This document shows, in pieces, positions 29,501 to 42,409 of a stretch of 64,000 nucleotides of DNA (positions are counted from its first letter, which is position 1; each line of letters begins with the position of its first letter). The stretch spans positions 19,592,001 through 19,656,000 of the forward strand of contig OZ059896.1 of the NCBI GenBank assembly GCA_964057225.1, written 5' to 3'. The notes under the pieces were generated by a model. That model saw nothing but the letters and a program-made list of their open reading frames with translations, did no database searches and was not told the origin of the DNA. The DNA comes from Auanema rhodensis. Lineage: Eukaryota > Animalia > Nematoda. Made by a program: the position numbers and the translations under genes.

Positions 29501-32500
29501 TAATTCTTCAGGGTGAAAATCGAGGATATAAGTGTAAACTTATATCAGTTGATATCTCGGTGCACTTTTAAGCTAGCGCAAATCTGATAACACAGATCGA
29601 CGCAGCTTAAAAATCCGCATCGAATGCACTATACTACATTGAGAAACGCTTAATACAAAAATTAGTTATGATCGTTTGAAAAATGTTGCATTAGTGTATG
29701 TTGAGTTTCCATGTACACTCAACATTGCTTCCAAAAACATTTTGACAAAAATTTTTTCGAAAAATTTCAAGATAATTTAGCAAAAAGTAGATGTTTTTAG
29801 ATTCCTTTTTTCAAGGCAAAGACGATGGACAATGTTATTCAACGAAAAAATTAATTCTTCAGGGTGAAAATCGAGGATATAAGTGTAAACTTATATCAGT
29901 TGATATCTCGGTGCACTTTTAAGCTAGCGCAAATCTGATAACACAGATCGACGCAGCTAAAAAATCCGCATCGAATGCACTACACTACATTGAGAAACGC
30001 TTAATACAAAAATTAGTTATGATTGTTTGAAAAATGATGCATTAGTGTATGTTGAGTTTCCATGTACACTCAACATTGCTTCCAAAAACATTTTGACAAA
30101 AATTTTTTCGAAAAATTTCAAAATAATTTAGCAAAAAGTAGATGTTTTTAGATTCCTTTTTTCAAGGCAAAGACGATGGACAATGTTATTCAACGAAAAA
30201 ATTAATTCTTCAGGGTGAAAATCGAGGATATAAGTGTGAACTTATATCAGTTGATATCTCGGTGCATTTTTAAGCTAGCGCAAATCTGATAACACAGATC
30301 GACGCAGCTTGAAAATCCGCATCGAATGCACTATACTACATTGAGAAACGCTTAATACAAAAATTAGTTATGATCGTTTGAAAAATGATGCATTAGTGTA
30401 TGTTGAGTTTCCATGTACACTCAACATTGCTTCCAAAAACATTTTGACAAAACTTTTTTCGAAAATTTTCAGAATAATTTAGCAAAAAGTAGATGTTTTT
30501 AGATTTCTTTTTTCAAGGCAAAGACGATGGACAATGTTATTCAACGAAAAAATTAATTCTTCAGGGTGAAAATCGAGGATATAAGTGTAAACTTATATCA
30601 GTTGATATCTCGGTGCACTTTTAAGCTAGCGCAAATCTGATAACACAGATCGACGCAGCTTAAAAATCCGCATCGAATGCACTATACTTCATTGAGAAAC
30701 GCTTAATACAAAAATTAGTTATGATTGTTTGAAAAATGATGCATTAGTGTATGTTGAGTTTCCATGTACACTCAACATTGCTTCCAAAAACATTTTGACA
30801 AAAATTTTTTCGAAAAACTTCAAAATAATTTAGCAAAAAGTAGATGTTTTTAGATTCCTTTTTTCAAGGCAAAGACGATGGACAATGTTATTCAACGAAA
30901 AAATTAATTCTTCAGGGTGAAAATCGAGGATATAAGTGTGAACATATATCAGTTGATATATCGGTGCATTTTTAAGCTAGCGCAAATCTGATAACACAGA
31001 TCGACGCAGCTTAAAAATCCGCATCGAATGCACTATACTACATTGAGAAACGCTTAATACAAAAATTAGTTATGATCGTTTGAAAAATGATGCATTAGTG
31101 TATGTTGAGTTTCCGTGTACACTCAACATTGCTTCCAAAAACATTTTGACAAAAATTTTTTCGAAAAATTTCAAAATAATTTAGCAAAAAGTAGATGTTT
31201 TTAGATTCCTTTTTTCAAGGCAAAGACGATGGACAATGTTATTCAACGAAAAAATTAATTCTTCAGGGTGAAAATCGAGGATATAAGTGTGAACATATAT
31301 CAGTTGATATCTCGGTGCATTTTTAAGCTAGCGCAAATCTGATAACACAGATCGACGCAGCTTAAAAATCCGCATCGAATGCACTATACTACATTGAGAA
31401 ACGCTTAATACAAAAATTAGTTATGATCGTTTGAAAAATGATGCATTAGTGTATGTTGAGTTTCCGTGTACACTCAACATTGCTTCCAAAAACATTTTGA
31501 CAAAAATTTTTTCGAAAAATTTCAAAATAATTTAGCAAAAAGTAGATGTTTTTAGATTCCTTTTTTCAAGGCAAAGACGATGGACAATGTTATTCAACGA
31601 AAAAATTAATTCTTCAGGGTGAAAATCGAGGATATAAGTGTGAACTTATATCAGTTGATATCTCGGTGCATTTTTAAGCTAGCGCAAATCTGATAACACA
31701 GATCGACGCAGCTTAAAAATCCGCATCGAATGCACTATACTACATTGAGAAACGCTTAATACAAAAATTAGTTATGATCGTTTGAAAAATGATGCATTAG
31801 TGTATGTTGAGTTTCCGTGTACACTCAACATTGCTTCCAAAAACAATTTGACAAAAATTTTTTCGAAAAATTTCAAAATAATTTAGCAAAAAGTAGATGT
31901 TTTTAGATTCCTTTTTTCAAGGCAAAGACGATGGACAATGTTATTCAACGAAAAAATTAATTCTTCAGGGTGAAAATCGAGGATATAAGTGTAAACTTAT
32001 ATCAGTTGATATCTCGGTGCACTTTTAAGTTAGCGCAAATCTGATAACACAGATCGACGCAGCTTAAAAATCCGCATCGAATGCACTACACTACATTGAG
32101 AAACGCTTAATACAAAAATTAGTTATGATCGTTTGAAAAATGATGCATTAGTGTATGTTGAGTTTCCATGTACACTCAACATTGCTTCCAAAAACATTTT
32201 GACAAAAATTTTTTCGAAAAATTTCAAAATAATTTAGCAAAAAGTAGATGTTTTTAGATTCCTTTTTTCAAGGCAAAGACGATGGACAATGTTATTCAAC
32301 GAAAAAATTAATTCTTCAGGGTGAAAATCGAGGATATAAGTGTGAACTTATATCAGTTGATATCTCGGTGCATTTTTAAGCTAGCGCAAATCTGATAACA
32401 CAGATCGACGCAGCTTGAAAATCCGCATCGAATGCACTATACTACATTGAGAAACGCTTAATACAAAAATTAGTTATGATCGTTTGAAAAATGATGCATT

Positions 32501-35100
32501 AGTGTATGTTGAGTTTCCATGTACACTCAACATTGCTTCCAAAAACATTTTGACAAAAATTTTTTCGAAAAATTTCAAAATAATTTAGCAAAAAGTAGAT
32601 GTTTTTAGATTCCTTTTTTCAAGGCAAAGACGATGGACAATGTTATTCAACGAAAAAATTAATTCTTCAGGGTGAAAATCGAGGATATAAGTGTGAACTT
32701 ATATCAGTTGATATCTCGGTGCATTTTTAAGCTAGCGCAAATCTGATAACACAGATCGACGCAGCTTAAAAATCCGCATCGAATGCACTATACTACATTG
32801 AGAAACGCTTAATACAAAAATTAGTTATGATCGTTTGAAAAATGATGCATTAGTGTATGTTGAGTTTCCGTGTACACTCAACATTGCTTCCAAAAACAAT
32901 TTGACAAAAATTTTTTCGAAAAATTTCAAAATAATTTAGCAAAAAGTAGATGTTTTTAGATTCCTTTTTTCAAGGCAAAGACGATGGACAATGTTATTCA
33001 ACGAAAAAATTAATTCTTCAGGGTGAAAATCGAGGATATAAGTGTAAACTTATATCAGTTGATATCTCGGTGCACTTTTAAGTTAGCGCAAATCTGATAA
33101 CACAGATCGACGCAGCTTAAAAATCCGCATCGAATGCACTACACTACATTGAGAAACGCTTAATACAAAAATTAGTTATGATCGTTTGAAAAATGATGCA
33201 TTAGTGTATGTTGAGTTTCCATGTACACTCAACATTGCTTCCAAAAACATTTTGACAAAAATTTTTTCGAAAAATTTCAAAATAATTTAGCAAAAAGTAG
33301 ATGTTTTTAGATTCCTTTTTTCAAGGCAAAGACGATGGACAATGTTATTCAACGAAAAAATTAATTCTTCAGGGTGAAAATCGAGGATATAAGTGTGAAC
33401 TTATATCAGTTGATATCTCGGTGCATTTTTAAGCTAGCGCAAATCTGATAACACAGATCGACGCAGCTTGAAAATCCGCATCGAATGCACTATACTACAT
33501 TGAGAAACGCTTAATACAAAAATTAGTTATGATCGTTTGAAAAATGATGCATTAGTGTATGTTGAGTTTCCATGTACACTCAACATTGCTTCCAAAAACA
33601 TTTTGACAAAAATGTTTTCGAAAAATTTCAAAATAATTTAGCAAAAAGTAGATGTTTTTAGATTCCTTTTTTCAAGGCAAAGACGATGGACAATGTTATT
33701 CAACGAAAAAATTAATTCTTCAGGGTGAAAATCGAGGATATAAGTGTGAACTTATATCAGTTGATATATCGGTGCATTTTTAAGCTAGCGCAAATCTGAT
33801 AACACAGATCGACGCAGCTTAAAAATCCGCATCGAATGCACTATACTACATTGAGAAACGCTTAATACAAAAATTAGTTATGATCGTTTGAAAAATGATG
33901 CATTAGTGTATGTTGAGTTTCCGTGTACACTCAACATTGCTTCCAAAAACATTTTGACAAAAATTTTTTCGAAAAATTTCAAAATAATTTAGCAAAAAGT
34001 AGATGTTTTTAGATTCCTTTTTCCAAGGCAAAGACGATGGACAATGTTATTCAACGAAAAAATTAATTCTTCAGGGTGAAAATCGAGGATATAAGTGTAA
34101 ACTTATATCAGTTGATATCTCGGTGCACTTTTAAGCTAGCGCAAATCTGATAACACAGATCGACGCAGCTTAAAAATCCGCATCGAATGCACTATACTAC
34201 ATTGAGAAACGCTTAATACAAAAATTAGTTATGATCGTTTGAAAAATGTTGCATTAGTGTATGTTGAGTTTCCATGTACACTCAACATTGCTTCCAAAAA
34301 CATTTTGACAAAAATTTTTTCGAAAAATTTCAAAATAATTTAGCAAAAAGTAGATGTTTTTAGATTCCTTTTTTCAAGGCAAAGACGATGGACAATGTTA
34401 TTCAACGAAAAAATTAATTCTTCAGGGTGAAAATCGAGGATATAAGTGTGAACTTATATCAGTTGATATCTCGGTGCATTTTTAAGCTAGCGCAAATCTG
34501 ATAACACAGATCGACGCAGCTTGAAAATCCGCATCGAATGCACTATACTACATTGAGAAACGCTTAATACAAAAATTAGTTATGATCGTTTGAAAAATGA
34601 TGCATTAGTGTATGTTGAGTTTCCATGTACACTCAACATTGCTTCCAAAAACATTTTGACAAAAATGTTTTCGAAAAATTTCAAAATAATTTAGCAAAAA
34701 GTGGATGTTTTTAGATTCCTTTTTTCAAGGCAAAGACGATGGACAATGTTATTCAACGAAAAAATTAATTCTTCAGGGTGAAAATCGAGGATATAAGTGT
34801 GAACTTATATCAGTTGATATATCGGTGCATTTTTAAGCTAGCGCAAATCTGATAACACAGATCGACGCAGCTTAAAAATCCGCATCGAATGCACTATACT
34901 ACATTGAGAAACGCTTAATACAAAAATTAGTTATGATCGTTTGAAAAATGATGCATTAGTGTATGTTGAGTTTCCGTGTACACTCAACATTGCTTCCAAA
35001 AACATTTTGACAAAAATTTTTTCGAAAAATTTCAAAATAATTTAGCAAAAAGTAGATGTTTTTAGATTCCTTTTTTCAAGGCAAAGACGATGGACAATGT
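23518..35100 (+). repeat. 18-monomer (6318-bp) tandem segmental duplication: units 67-81 recur as units 85-99
   Basis: The same order of monomer haplotypes is repeated. Private variants T281C (24500 and 30818) and T327C (27705 and 34023) are each exactly 6318 bp apart. Confidence 0.93.
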
Positions 35101-37206
35101 TATTCAACGAAAAAATTAATTCTTCAGGGTGAAAATCGAGGATATAAGTGTGAACTTATATCAGTTGATATCTCGGTGCATTTTTAAGCTAGCGCAAATC
35201 TGATAACACAGATCGACGCAGCTTAAAAATCCGCATCGAATGCACTATACTACATTGAAAAACGCTTAATACAAAAATTAGTTATGATCGTTTGAAAAAT
35301 GATGCATTAGTGTATGTTGAGTTTCCGTGTACACTCAACATTGCTTCCAAAAACATTTTGACAAAAATTTTTTCGAAAAATTTCAAAATAATTTAGCAAA
35401 AAGTAGATGTTTTTAGATTCCTTTTTTCAAGGCAAAGAGGATGGACAATGTTATTCAACGAAAAAATTAATTCTTCAGGGTGAAAATCGAGGATATAAGT
35501 GTAAACTTATATCAGTTGATATCTCGGTGCACTTTTAAGCTAGCGCAAATCTGATAACACAGATCGACGCAGCTTAAAAATCCGCATCGAATGCACTATA
35601 CTACATTGAGAAACGCTTAATACAAAAATTAGTTATGATCGTTTGAAAAATGATGCATTAGTGTATGTTGAGTTTCCATGTACACTCAACATTGCTTCCA
35701 AAAACATTTTGACAAAAATTTTTTCGAAAAATTTCAAGATAATTTAGCAAAAAGTAGATGTTTTTAGATTCCTTTTTTCAAGGCAAAGAGGATGGACAAT
35801 GTTATTCAACGAAAAAATTAATTCTTCAGGGTGAAAATCGAGGATATAAGTGTAAACTTATATCAGTTGATATCTCGGTGCACTTTTAAGCTAGCGCAAA
35901 TCTGATAACACAGATCGACGCAGCTTAAAAATCCGCATCGAATGCACTATACTACATTGAGAAACGCTTAATACAAAAATTAGTTATGATCGTTTGAAAA
36001 ATGATGCATTAGTGTATGTTGAGTTTCCGTGTACACTCAACATTGCTTCCAAAAACATTTTGACAAAAATTTTTTCGAAAAATTTCAAGATAATTTAGCA
36101 AAAAGTAGATGTTTTTAGATTCCTTTTTTCAAGGCAAAGACGATGGACAATGTTATTCAACGAAAAAATTAATTCTTCAGGGTGAAAATCGAGGATATAA
36201 GTGTAAACTTATATCAGTTGATATCTCGGTGCACTTTTAAGCTAGCGCAAATCTGATAACACAGATCGACGCAGCTTAAAAATCCGCATCGAATGCACTA
36301 TACTACATTGAGAAACGCTTAATACAAAAATTAGTTATGATCGTTTGAAAAATGTTGCATTAGTGTATGTTGAGTTTCCATGTACACTCAACATTGCTTC
36401 CAAAAACATTTTGACAAAAATTTTTTCGAAAAATTTCAAAATAATTTAGCAAAAAGTAGATGTTTTTAGATTCCTTTTTTCAAGGCAAAGACGATGGACA
36501 ATGTTATTCAACGAAAAAATTAATTCTTCAGGGTGAAAATCGAGGATATAAGTGTGAACTTATATCAGTTGATATCTCGGTGCATTTTTAAGCTAGCGCA
36601 AATCTGATAACACAGATCGACGCAGCTTGAAAATCCGCATCGAATGCACTATACTACATTGAGAAACGCTTAATACAAAAATTAGTTATGATCGTTTGAA
36701 AAATGATGCATTAGTGTATGTTGAGTTTCCATGTACACTCAACATTGCTTCCAAAAACATTTTGACAAAAATTTTTTCGAAAAATTTCAAGATAATTTAG
36801 CAAAAAGTAGATGTTTTTAGATTCCTTTTTTCAAGGCAAAGACGATGGACAATGTTATTCAACGAAAAAATTAATTCTTCAGGGTGAAAATCGAGGATAT
36901 AAGTGTAAACTTATATCAGTTGATATCTCGGTGCACTTTTAAGCTAGCGCAAATCTGATAACACAGATCGACGCAGCTTAAAAATCCGCATCGAATGCAC
37001 TATACTACATTGAGAAACGCTTAATACAAAAATTAGTTATGATCGTTTGAAAAATGTTGCATTAGTGTATGTTGAGTTTCCATGTACACTCAACATTGCT
37101 TCCAAAAACATTTTGACAAAAATTTTTTCGAAAAATTTCAAGATAATTTAGCAAAAAGTAGATGTTTTTAGATTCCTTTTTTCAAGGCAAAGACGATGGA
37201 CAATGT

Positions 37207-38961
37207 TATTCAACGAAAAAATTAATTCTTCAGGGTGAAAATCGAGGATATAAGTGTGAACTTATATCAGTTGATATCTCGGTGCATTTTTAAGCTAGCG
37301 CAAATCTGATAACACAGATCGACGCAGCTTAAAAATCCGCATCGAATGCACTATACTACATTGAGAAACGCTTAATACAAAAATTAGTTATGATCGTTTG
37401 AAAAATGATGCATTAGTGTATGTTGAGTTTCCGTGTACACTCAACATTGCTTCCAAAAATATTTTGACAAAAATTTTTTCGAAAAATTTCAAAATAATTT
37501 AGCAAAAAGTAGATGTTTTTAGATTCCTTTTTTCAAGGCAAAGAGGATGGACAATGTTATTCAACGAAAAAATTAATTCTTCAGGGTGAAAATCGAGGAT
37601 ATAAGTGTAAACTTATATCAGTTGATATCTCGGTGCACTTTTAAGCTAGCGCAAATCTGATAACACAGATCGACGCAGCTTAAAAATCCGCATCGAATGC
37701 ACTATACTACATTGAGAAACGCTTAATACAAAAATTAGTTATGATCGTTTGAAAAATGATGCATTAGTGTATGTTGAGTTTCCATGTACACTCAACATTG
37801 CTTCCAAAAACATTTTGACAAAAATTTTTTCGAAAAATTTCAAGATAATTTAGCAAAAAGTAGATGTTTTTAGATTCCTTTTTTCAAGGCAAAGACGATG
37901 GACAATGTTATTCAACGAAAAAATTAATTCTTCAGGGTGAAAATCGAGGATATAAGTGTGAACTTATATCAGTTGATATCTCGGTGCATTTTTAAGCTAG
38001 CGCAAATCTGATAACACAGATCGACGCAGCTTAAAAATCCGCATCGAATGCACTATACTACATTGAGAAACGCTTAATACAAAAATTAGTTATGATCGTT
38101 TGAAAAATGATGCATTAGTGTATGTTGAGTTTCCGTGTACACTCAACATTGCTTCCAAAAACATTTTGACAAAAATTTTTTCGAAAAATTTCAAAATAAT
38201 TTAGCAAAAAGTAGATGTTTTTAGATTCCTTTTTTCAAGGCAAAGAGGATGGACAATGTTATTCAACGAAAAAATTAATTCTTCAGGGTGAAAATCGAGG
38301 ATATAAGTGTAAACTTATATCAGTTGATATCTCGGTGCACTTTTAAGCTAGCGCAAATCTGATAACACAGATCGACGCAGCTTAAAAATCCGCATCGAAT
38401 GCACTATACTACATTGAGAAACGCTTAATACAAAAATTAGTTATGATCGTTTGAAAAATGATGCATTAGTGTATGTTGAGTTTCCATGTACACTCAACAT
38501 TGCTTCCAAAAACATTTTGACAAAAATTTTTTCGAAAAATTTCAAGATAATTTAGCAAAAAGTAGATGTTTTTAGATTCCTTTTTTCAAGGCAAAGACGA
38601 TGGACAATGTTATTCAACGAAAAAATTAATTCTTCAGGGTGAAAATCGAGGATATAAGTGTGAACTTATATCAGTTGATATCTCGGTGCATTTTTGAGCT
38701 AGCGCAAATCTGATAACACAGATCGACGCAGCTTAAAAATCCGCATCGAATGCACTATACTACATTGAGAAACGCTTAATACAAAAATTAGTTATGATCG
38801 TTTGAAAAATGATGCATTAGTGTATGTTGAGTTTCCGTGTACACTCAACATTGCTTCCAAAAACATTTTGACAAAAATTTTTTCGAAAAATTTCAAAATA
38901 ATTTAGCAAAAAGTAGATGTTTTTAGATTCCTTTTCTCAAGGCAAAGAGGATGGACAATGT
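37207..38961 (+). repeat. Local dimeric (702-bp) periodicity
   Basis: Monomers with A227G+C339G (units 106, 108, 110) alternate with monomers carrying G52A+T81C+A287G (107, 109). Confidence 0.8.
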
Positions 38962-41900
38962 TATTCAACGAAAAAATTAATTCTTCAGGGTGAAAATCGA
39001 GGATATAAGTGTAAACTTATATCAGTTGATATCTCGGTGCACTTTTAAGCTAGCGCAAATCTGATAACACAGATCGACGCAGCTTAAAAATCCGCATCGA
39101 ATGCACTATACTACATTGAGAAACGCTTAATACGAAAATTAGTTATGATCGTTTGAAAAATGTTGCATTAGTGTATGTTGAGTTTCCGTGTACACTCAAC
39201 ATTGCTTCCAAAAACATTTTGACAAAAATTTTTTCGAAAAATTTCAAAATAATTTAGCAAAAAGTAGATGTTTTTAGATTCCTTTTTTCAAGGCAAAGAG
39301 GATGGACAATGTTATTCAACGAAAAAATTAATTCTTCAGGGTGAAAATCGAGGATATAAGTGTAAACTTATATCAGTTGATATCTCGGTGCACTTTTAAG
39401 CTAGCGCAAATCTGATAACACAGATCGACGCAGCTTAAAAATCCGCATCGAATGCACTATACTACATTGAGAAACGCTTAATACAAAAATTAGTTATGAT
39501 CGTTTGAAAAATGATGCATTAGTGTATGTTGAGTTTCCATGTACACTCAACATTGCTTCCAAAAACATTTTGACAAAAATTTTTTCGAAAAATTTCAAGA
39601 TAATTTAGCAAAAAGTAGATGTTTTTAGATTCCTTTTTTCAAGGCAAAGACGATGGACAATGTTATTCAACGAAAAAATTAATTCTTCAGGGTGAAAATC
39701 GAGGATATAAGTGTGAACTTATATCAGTTGATATCTCGGTGCATTTTTAAGCTAGCGCAAATCTGATAACACAGATCGACGCAGCTTAAAAATCCGCATC
39801 GAATGCACTATACTACATTGAGAAACGCTTAATACAAAAATTAGTTATGATCGTTTGAAAAATGATGCATTAGTGTATGTTGAGTTTCCATGTACACTCA
39901 ACATTGCTTCCAAAAACAATTTGACAAAAATTTTTTCGAAAAATTTCAAAATAATTTAGCAAAAAGTAGATGTTTTTAGATTCCTTTTTTCAAGGCAAAG
40001 ACGATGGACAATGTTATTCAACGAAAAAATTAATTCTTCAGGGTGAAAATCGAGGATATAAGTGTAAACTTATATCAGTTGATATCTCGGTGCACTTCTA
40101 AGCTAGCGCAAATCTGATAACACAGATCGACGCAGCTTAAAAATCCGCATCGAATGCACTACACTACATTGAGAAACGCTTAATACAAAAATTAGTTATG
40201 ATCGTTTGAAAAATGATGCATTAGTGTATGTTGAGTTTCCATGTACACTCAACATTGCTTCCAAAAACATTTTGACAAAAATTTTTTCGAAAAATTTCAA
40301 GATAATTTAGCAAAAAGTAGATGTTTTTAGATTCCTTTTTTCAAGGCAAAGACGATGGACAATGTTATTCAACGAAAAAATTAATTCTTCAGGGTGAAAA
40401 TCGAGGATATAAGTGTGAACTTATATCAGTTGATATCTCGGTGCATTTTTAAGCTAGCGCAAATCTGATAACACAGATCGACGCAGCTTAAAAATCCGCA
40501 TCGAATGCACTATACTACATTGAGAAACGCTTAATACAAAAATTAGTTATGATCGTTTGAAAAATGATGCATTAGTGTATGTTGAGTTTCCGTGTACACT
40601 CAACATTGCTTCCAAAAACATTTTGACAAAAATTTTTTCGAAAAATTTCAAAATAATTTAGCAAAAAGTAGATGTTTTTAGATTCCTTTTTTCAAGGCAA
40701 AGAGGATGGACAATGTTATTCAACGAAAAAATTAATTCTTCAGGGTGAAAATCGAGGATATAAGTGTAAACTTATATCAGTTGATATCTCGGTGCACTTT
40801 TAAGCTAGCGCAAATCTGATAACACAGATCGACGCAGCTTAAAAATCCGCATCGAATGCACTAAACTACATTGAGAAACGCGTAATACAAAAATTAGTTA
40901 TGATCGTTTGAAAAATGATGCATTAGTGTATGTTGAGTTTCCATGTACACTCAACATTGCTTCCAAAAACATTTTGACAAAAATTTTTTCGAAAAATTTC
41001 AAAATAATTCAGCAAAAAGTAGATGTTTTTAGATTCCTTTTTTCAAGGCAAAGACGATGGACAATGTTATTCAACGAAAAAATTAATTCTTCAGGGTGAA
41101 AATCGAGGATATAAGTGTGAACTTATATCAGTTGATATCTCGGTGCATTTTTAAGCTAGCGCAAATCTGATAACACAGATCGACGCAGCTTAAAAATCCG
41201 CATCGAATGCACTATACTACATTGAGAAACGCTTAATACAAAAATTAGTTATGATCGTTTGAAAAATGATGCATTAGTGTATGTTGAGTTTCCGTGTACA
41301 CTCAACATTGCTTCCAAAAACAATTTGACAAAAATTTTTTCGAAAAATTTCAAAATAATTTAGCAAAAAGTAGATGTTTTTAGATTCCTTTTTTCAAGGC
41401 AAAGACGATGGACAATGTTATTCAACGAAAAAATTAATTCTTCAGGGTGAAAATCGAGGATATAAGTGTAAACTTATATCAGTTGATATCTCGGTGCACT
41501 TCTAAGCTAGCGCAAATCTGATAACACAGATCGACGCAGCTTAAAAATCCGCATCGAATGCACTACACTACATTGAGAAACGCTTAATACAAAAATTAGT
41601 TATGATCGTTTGAAAAATGATGCATTAGTGTATGTTGAGTTTCCATGTACACTCAACATTGCTTCCAAAAACATTTTGACAAAAATTTTTTCGAAAAATT
41701 TCAAAATAATTTAGCAAAAAGTAGATGTTTTTAGATTCCTTTTTTCAAGGCAAAGACGATGGACAATGTTATTCAACGAAAAAATTAATTCTTCAGGGTG
41801 AAAATCGAGGATATAAGTGTGAACTTATATCAGTTGATATCTCGGTGCATTTTTAAGCTAGCGCAAATCTGATAACACAGATCGACGCAGCTTAAAAATC

Positions 41901-42160
41901 CGCATCGAATGCACTATACTACATTGAGAAACGCTTAATACAAAAATTAGTTATGATCGTTTGAAAAATGATGCATTAGTGTATGTTGAGTTTCCATGTA
42001 CACTCAACATTGCTTCCAAAAACATTTTGACAAAAATTTTTTCGAAAAATTTCAAAATAATTTAGCAAAAAGTAGATGTTTTTAGATTCCTTTTTTCAAG
42101 GCAAAGACGATGGACATTGTTATTCAACGAAAAAATTAATTCTTCAGGGTGAAAATCGAG

Positions 42161-42182
42161 GATATAAGTGTGAACTTATATC
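42161..42182. other. Inverted repeat H1 (monomer 41-62): 9-bp perfect stem with GTGA/GTAA tetraloop; present in every monomer
   Basis: GATATAAGT-GTGA-ACTTATATC; the arms are exact reverse complements in the consensus. Confidence 0.92.
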
Positions 42183-42192
42183 AGTTGATATC

Positions 42193-42259
42193 TCGGTGCA
42201 TTTTTAAGCTAGCGCAAATCTGATAACACAGATCGACGCAGCTTAAAAATCCGCATCGA
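42193..42259. other. Inverted repeat H2 (monomer 73-139): long interrupted hairpin of about 26 bp; present in every monomer
   Basis: TCGGTGC/GCATCGA (7 bp, one G-T), ATTTTTAAGCT/AGCTTAAAAAT (11 bp perfect), GCG/CGC and ATCTG/CAGAT closing the loop ATAACA. Confidence 0.9.
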
Positions 42260-42333
42260 ATGCACTATACTACATTGAGAAACGCTTAATACAAAAATTA
42301 GTTATGATCGTTTGAAAAATGATGCATTAGTGT

Positions 42334-42361
42334 ATGTTGAGTTTCCATGTACACTCAACAT
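42334..42361. other. Inverted repeat H3 (monomer 214-241): 9-bp perfect stem with 10-nt loop
   Basis: ATGTTGAGT-TTCCATGTAC-ACTCAACAT; the arms are exact reverse complements. Confidence 0.92.
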
Positions 42362-42374
42362 TGCTTCCAAAAAC

Positions 42375-42409
42375 ATTTTGACAAAAATTTTTTCGAAAAA
42401 TTTCAAAAT
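42375..42409. other. Inverted repeat H4 (monomer 255-289): imperfect A/T-tract palindrome centred on TTCGAA
   Basis: ATTTTGACAAAAATTTTTTCGAAAAATTTCAAAAT: TTTTT-CG-AAAAA core, AAATTTTT/AAAAATTT, and outer ATTTTG/CAAAAT. Confidence 0.8.

Noticed and set aside
42060-42160. Hammerhead ribozyme or retrozyme (minus-strand CUGAAGA from TCTTCAG at monomer 21-27; + strand CUGAUAA at 100-106; viroid-sized monomer)
   Set aside because: On the minus strand I found no credible stem II before the next GAAA and no partner for stem I. The + strand motif lacks the conserved G of CUGANGA and is buried in H2. An Infernal/Rfam scan of a dimer would settle it.
42126-42320. Monomer as an ancient dimer of ~175-bp subunits (AAAAATTAATTCT..TGAAAA at 11-35 versus AAAAATTAGTTAT..TGAAAA at 173-198)
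   Set aside because: The similarity is short and AT-rich, and I could not extend it; it is compatible with chance.
42391-42407. CENP-B box (TTCG....A..CGGG)
   Set aside because: TTCGAAAAA matches only the left half; the CGGG is absent.
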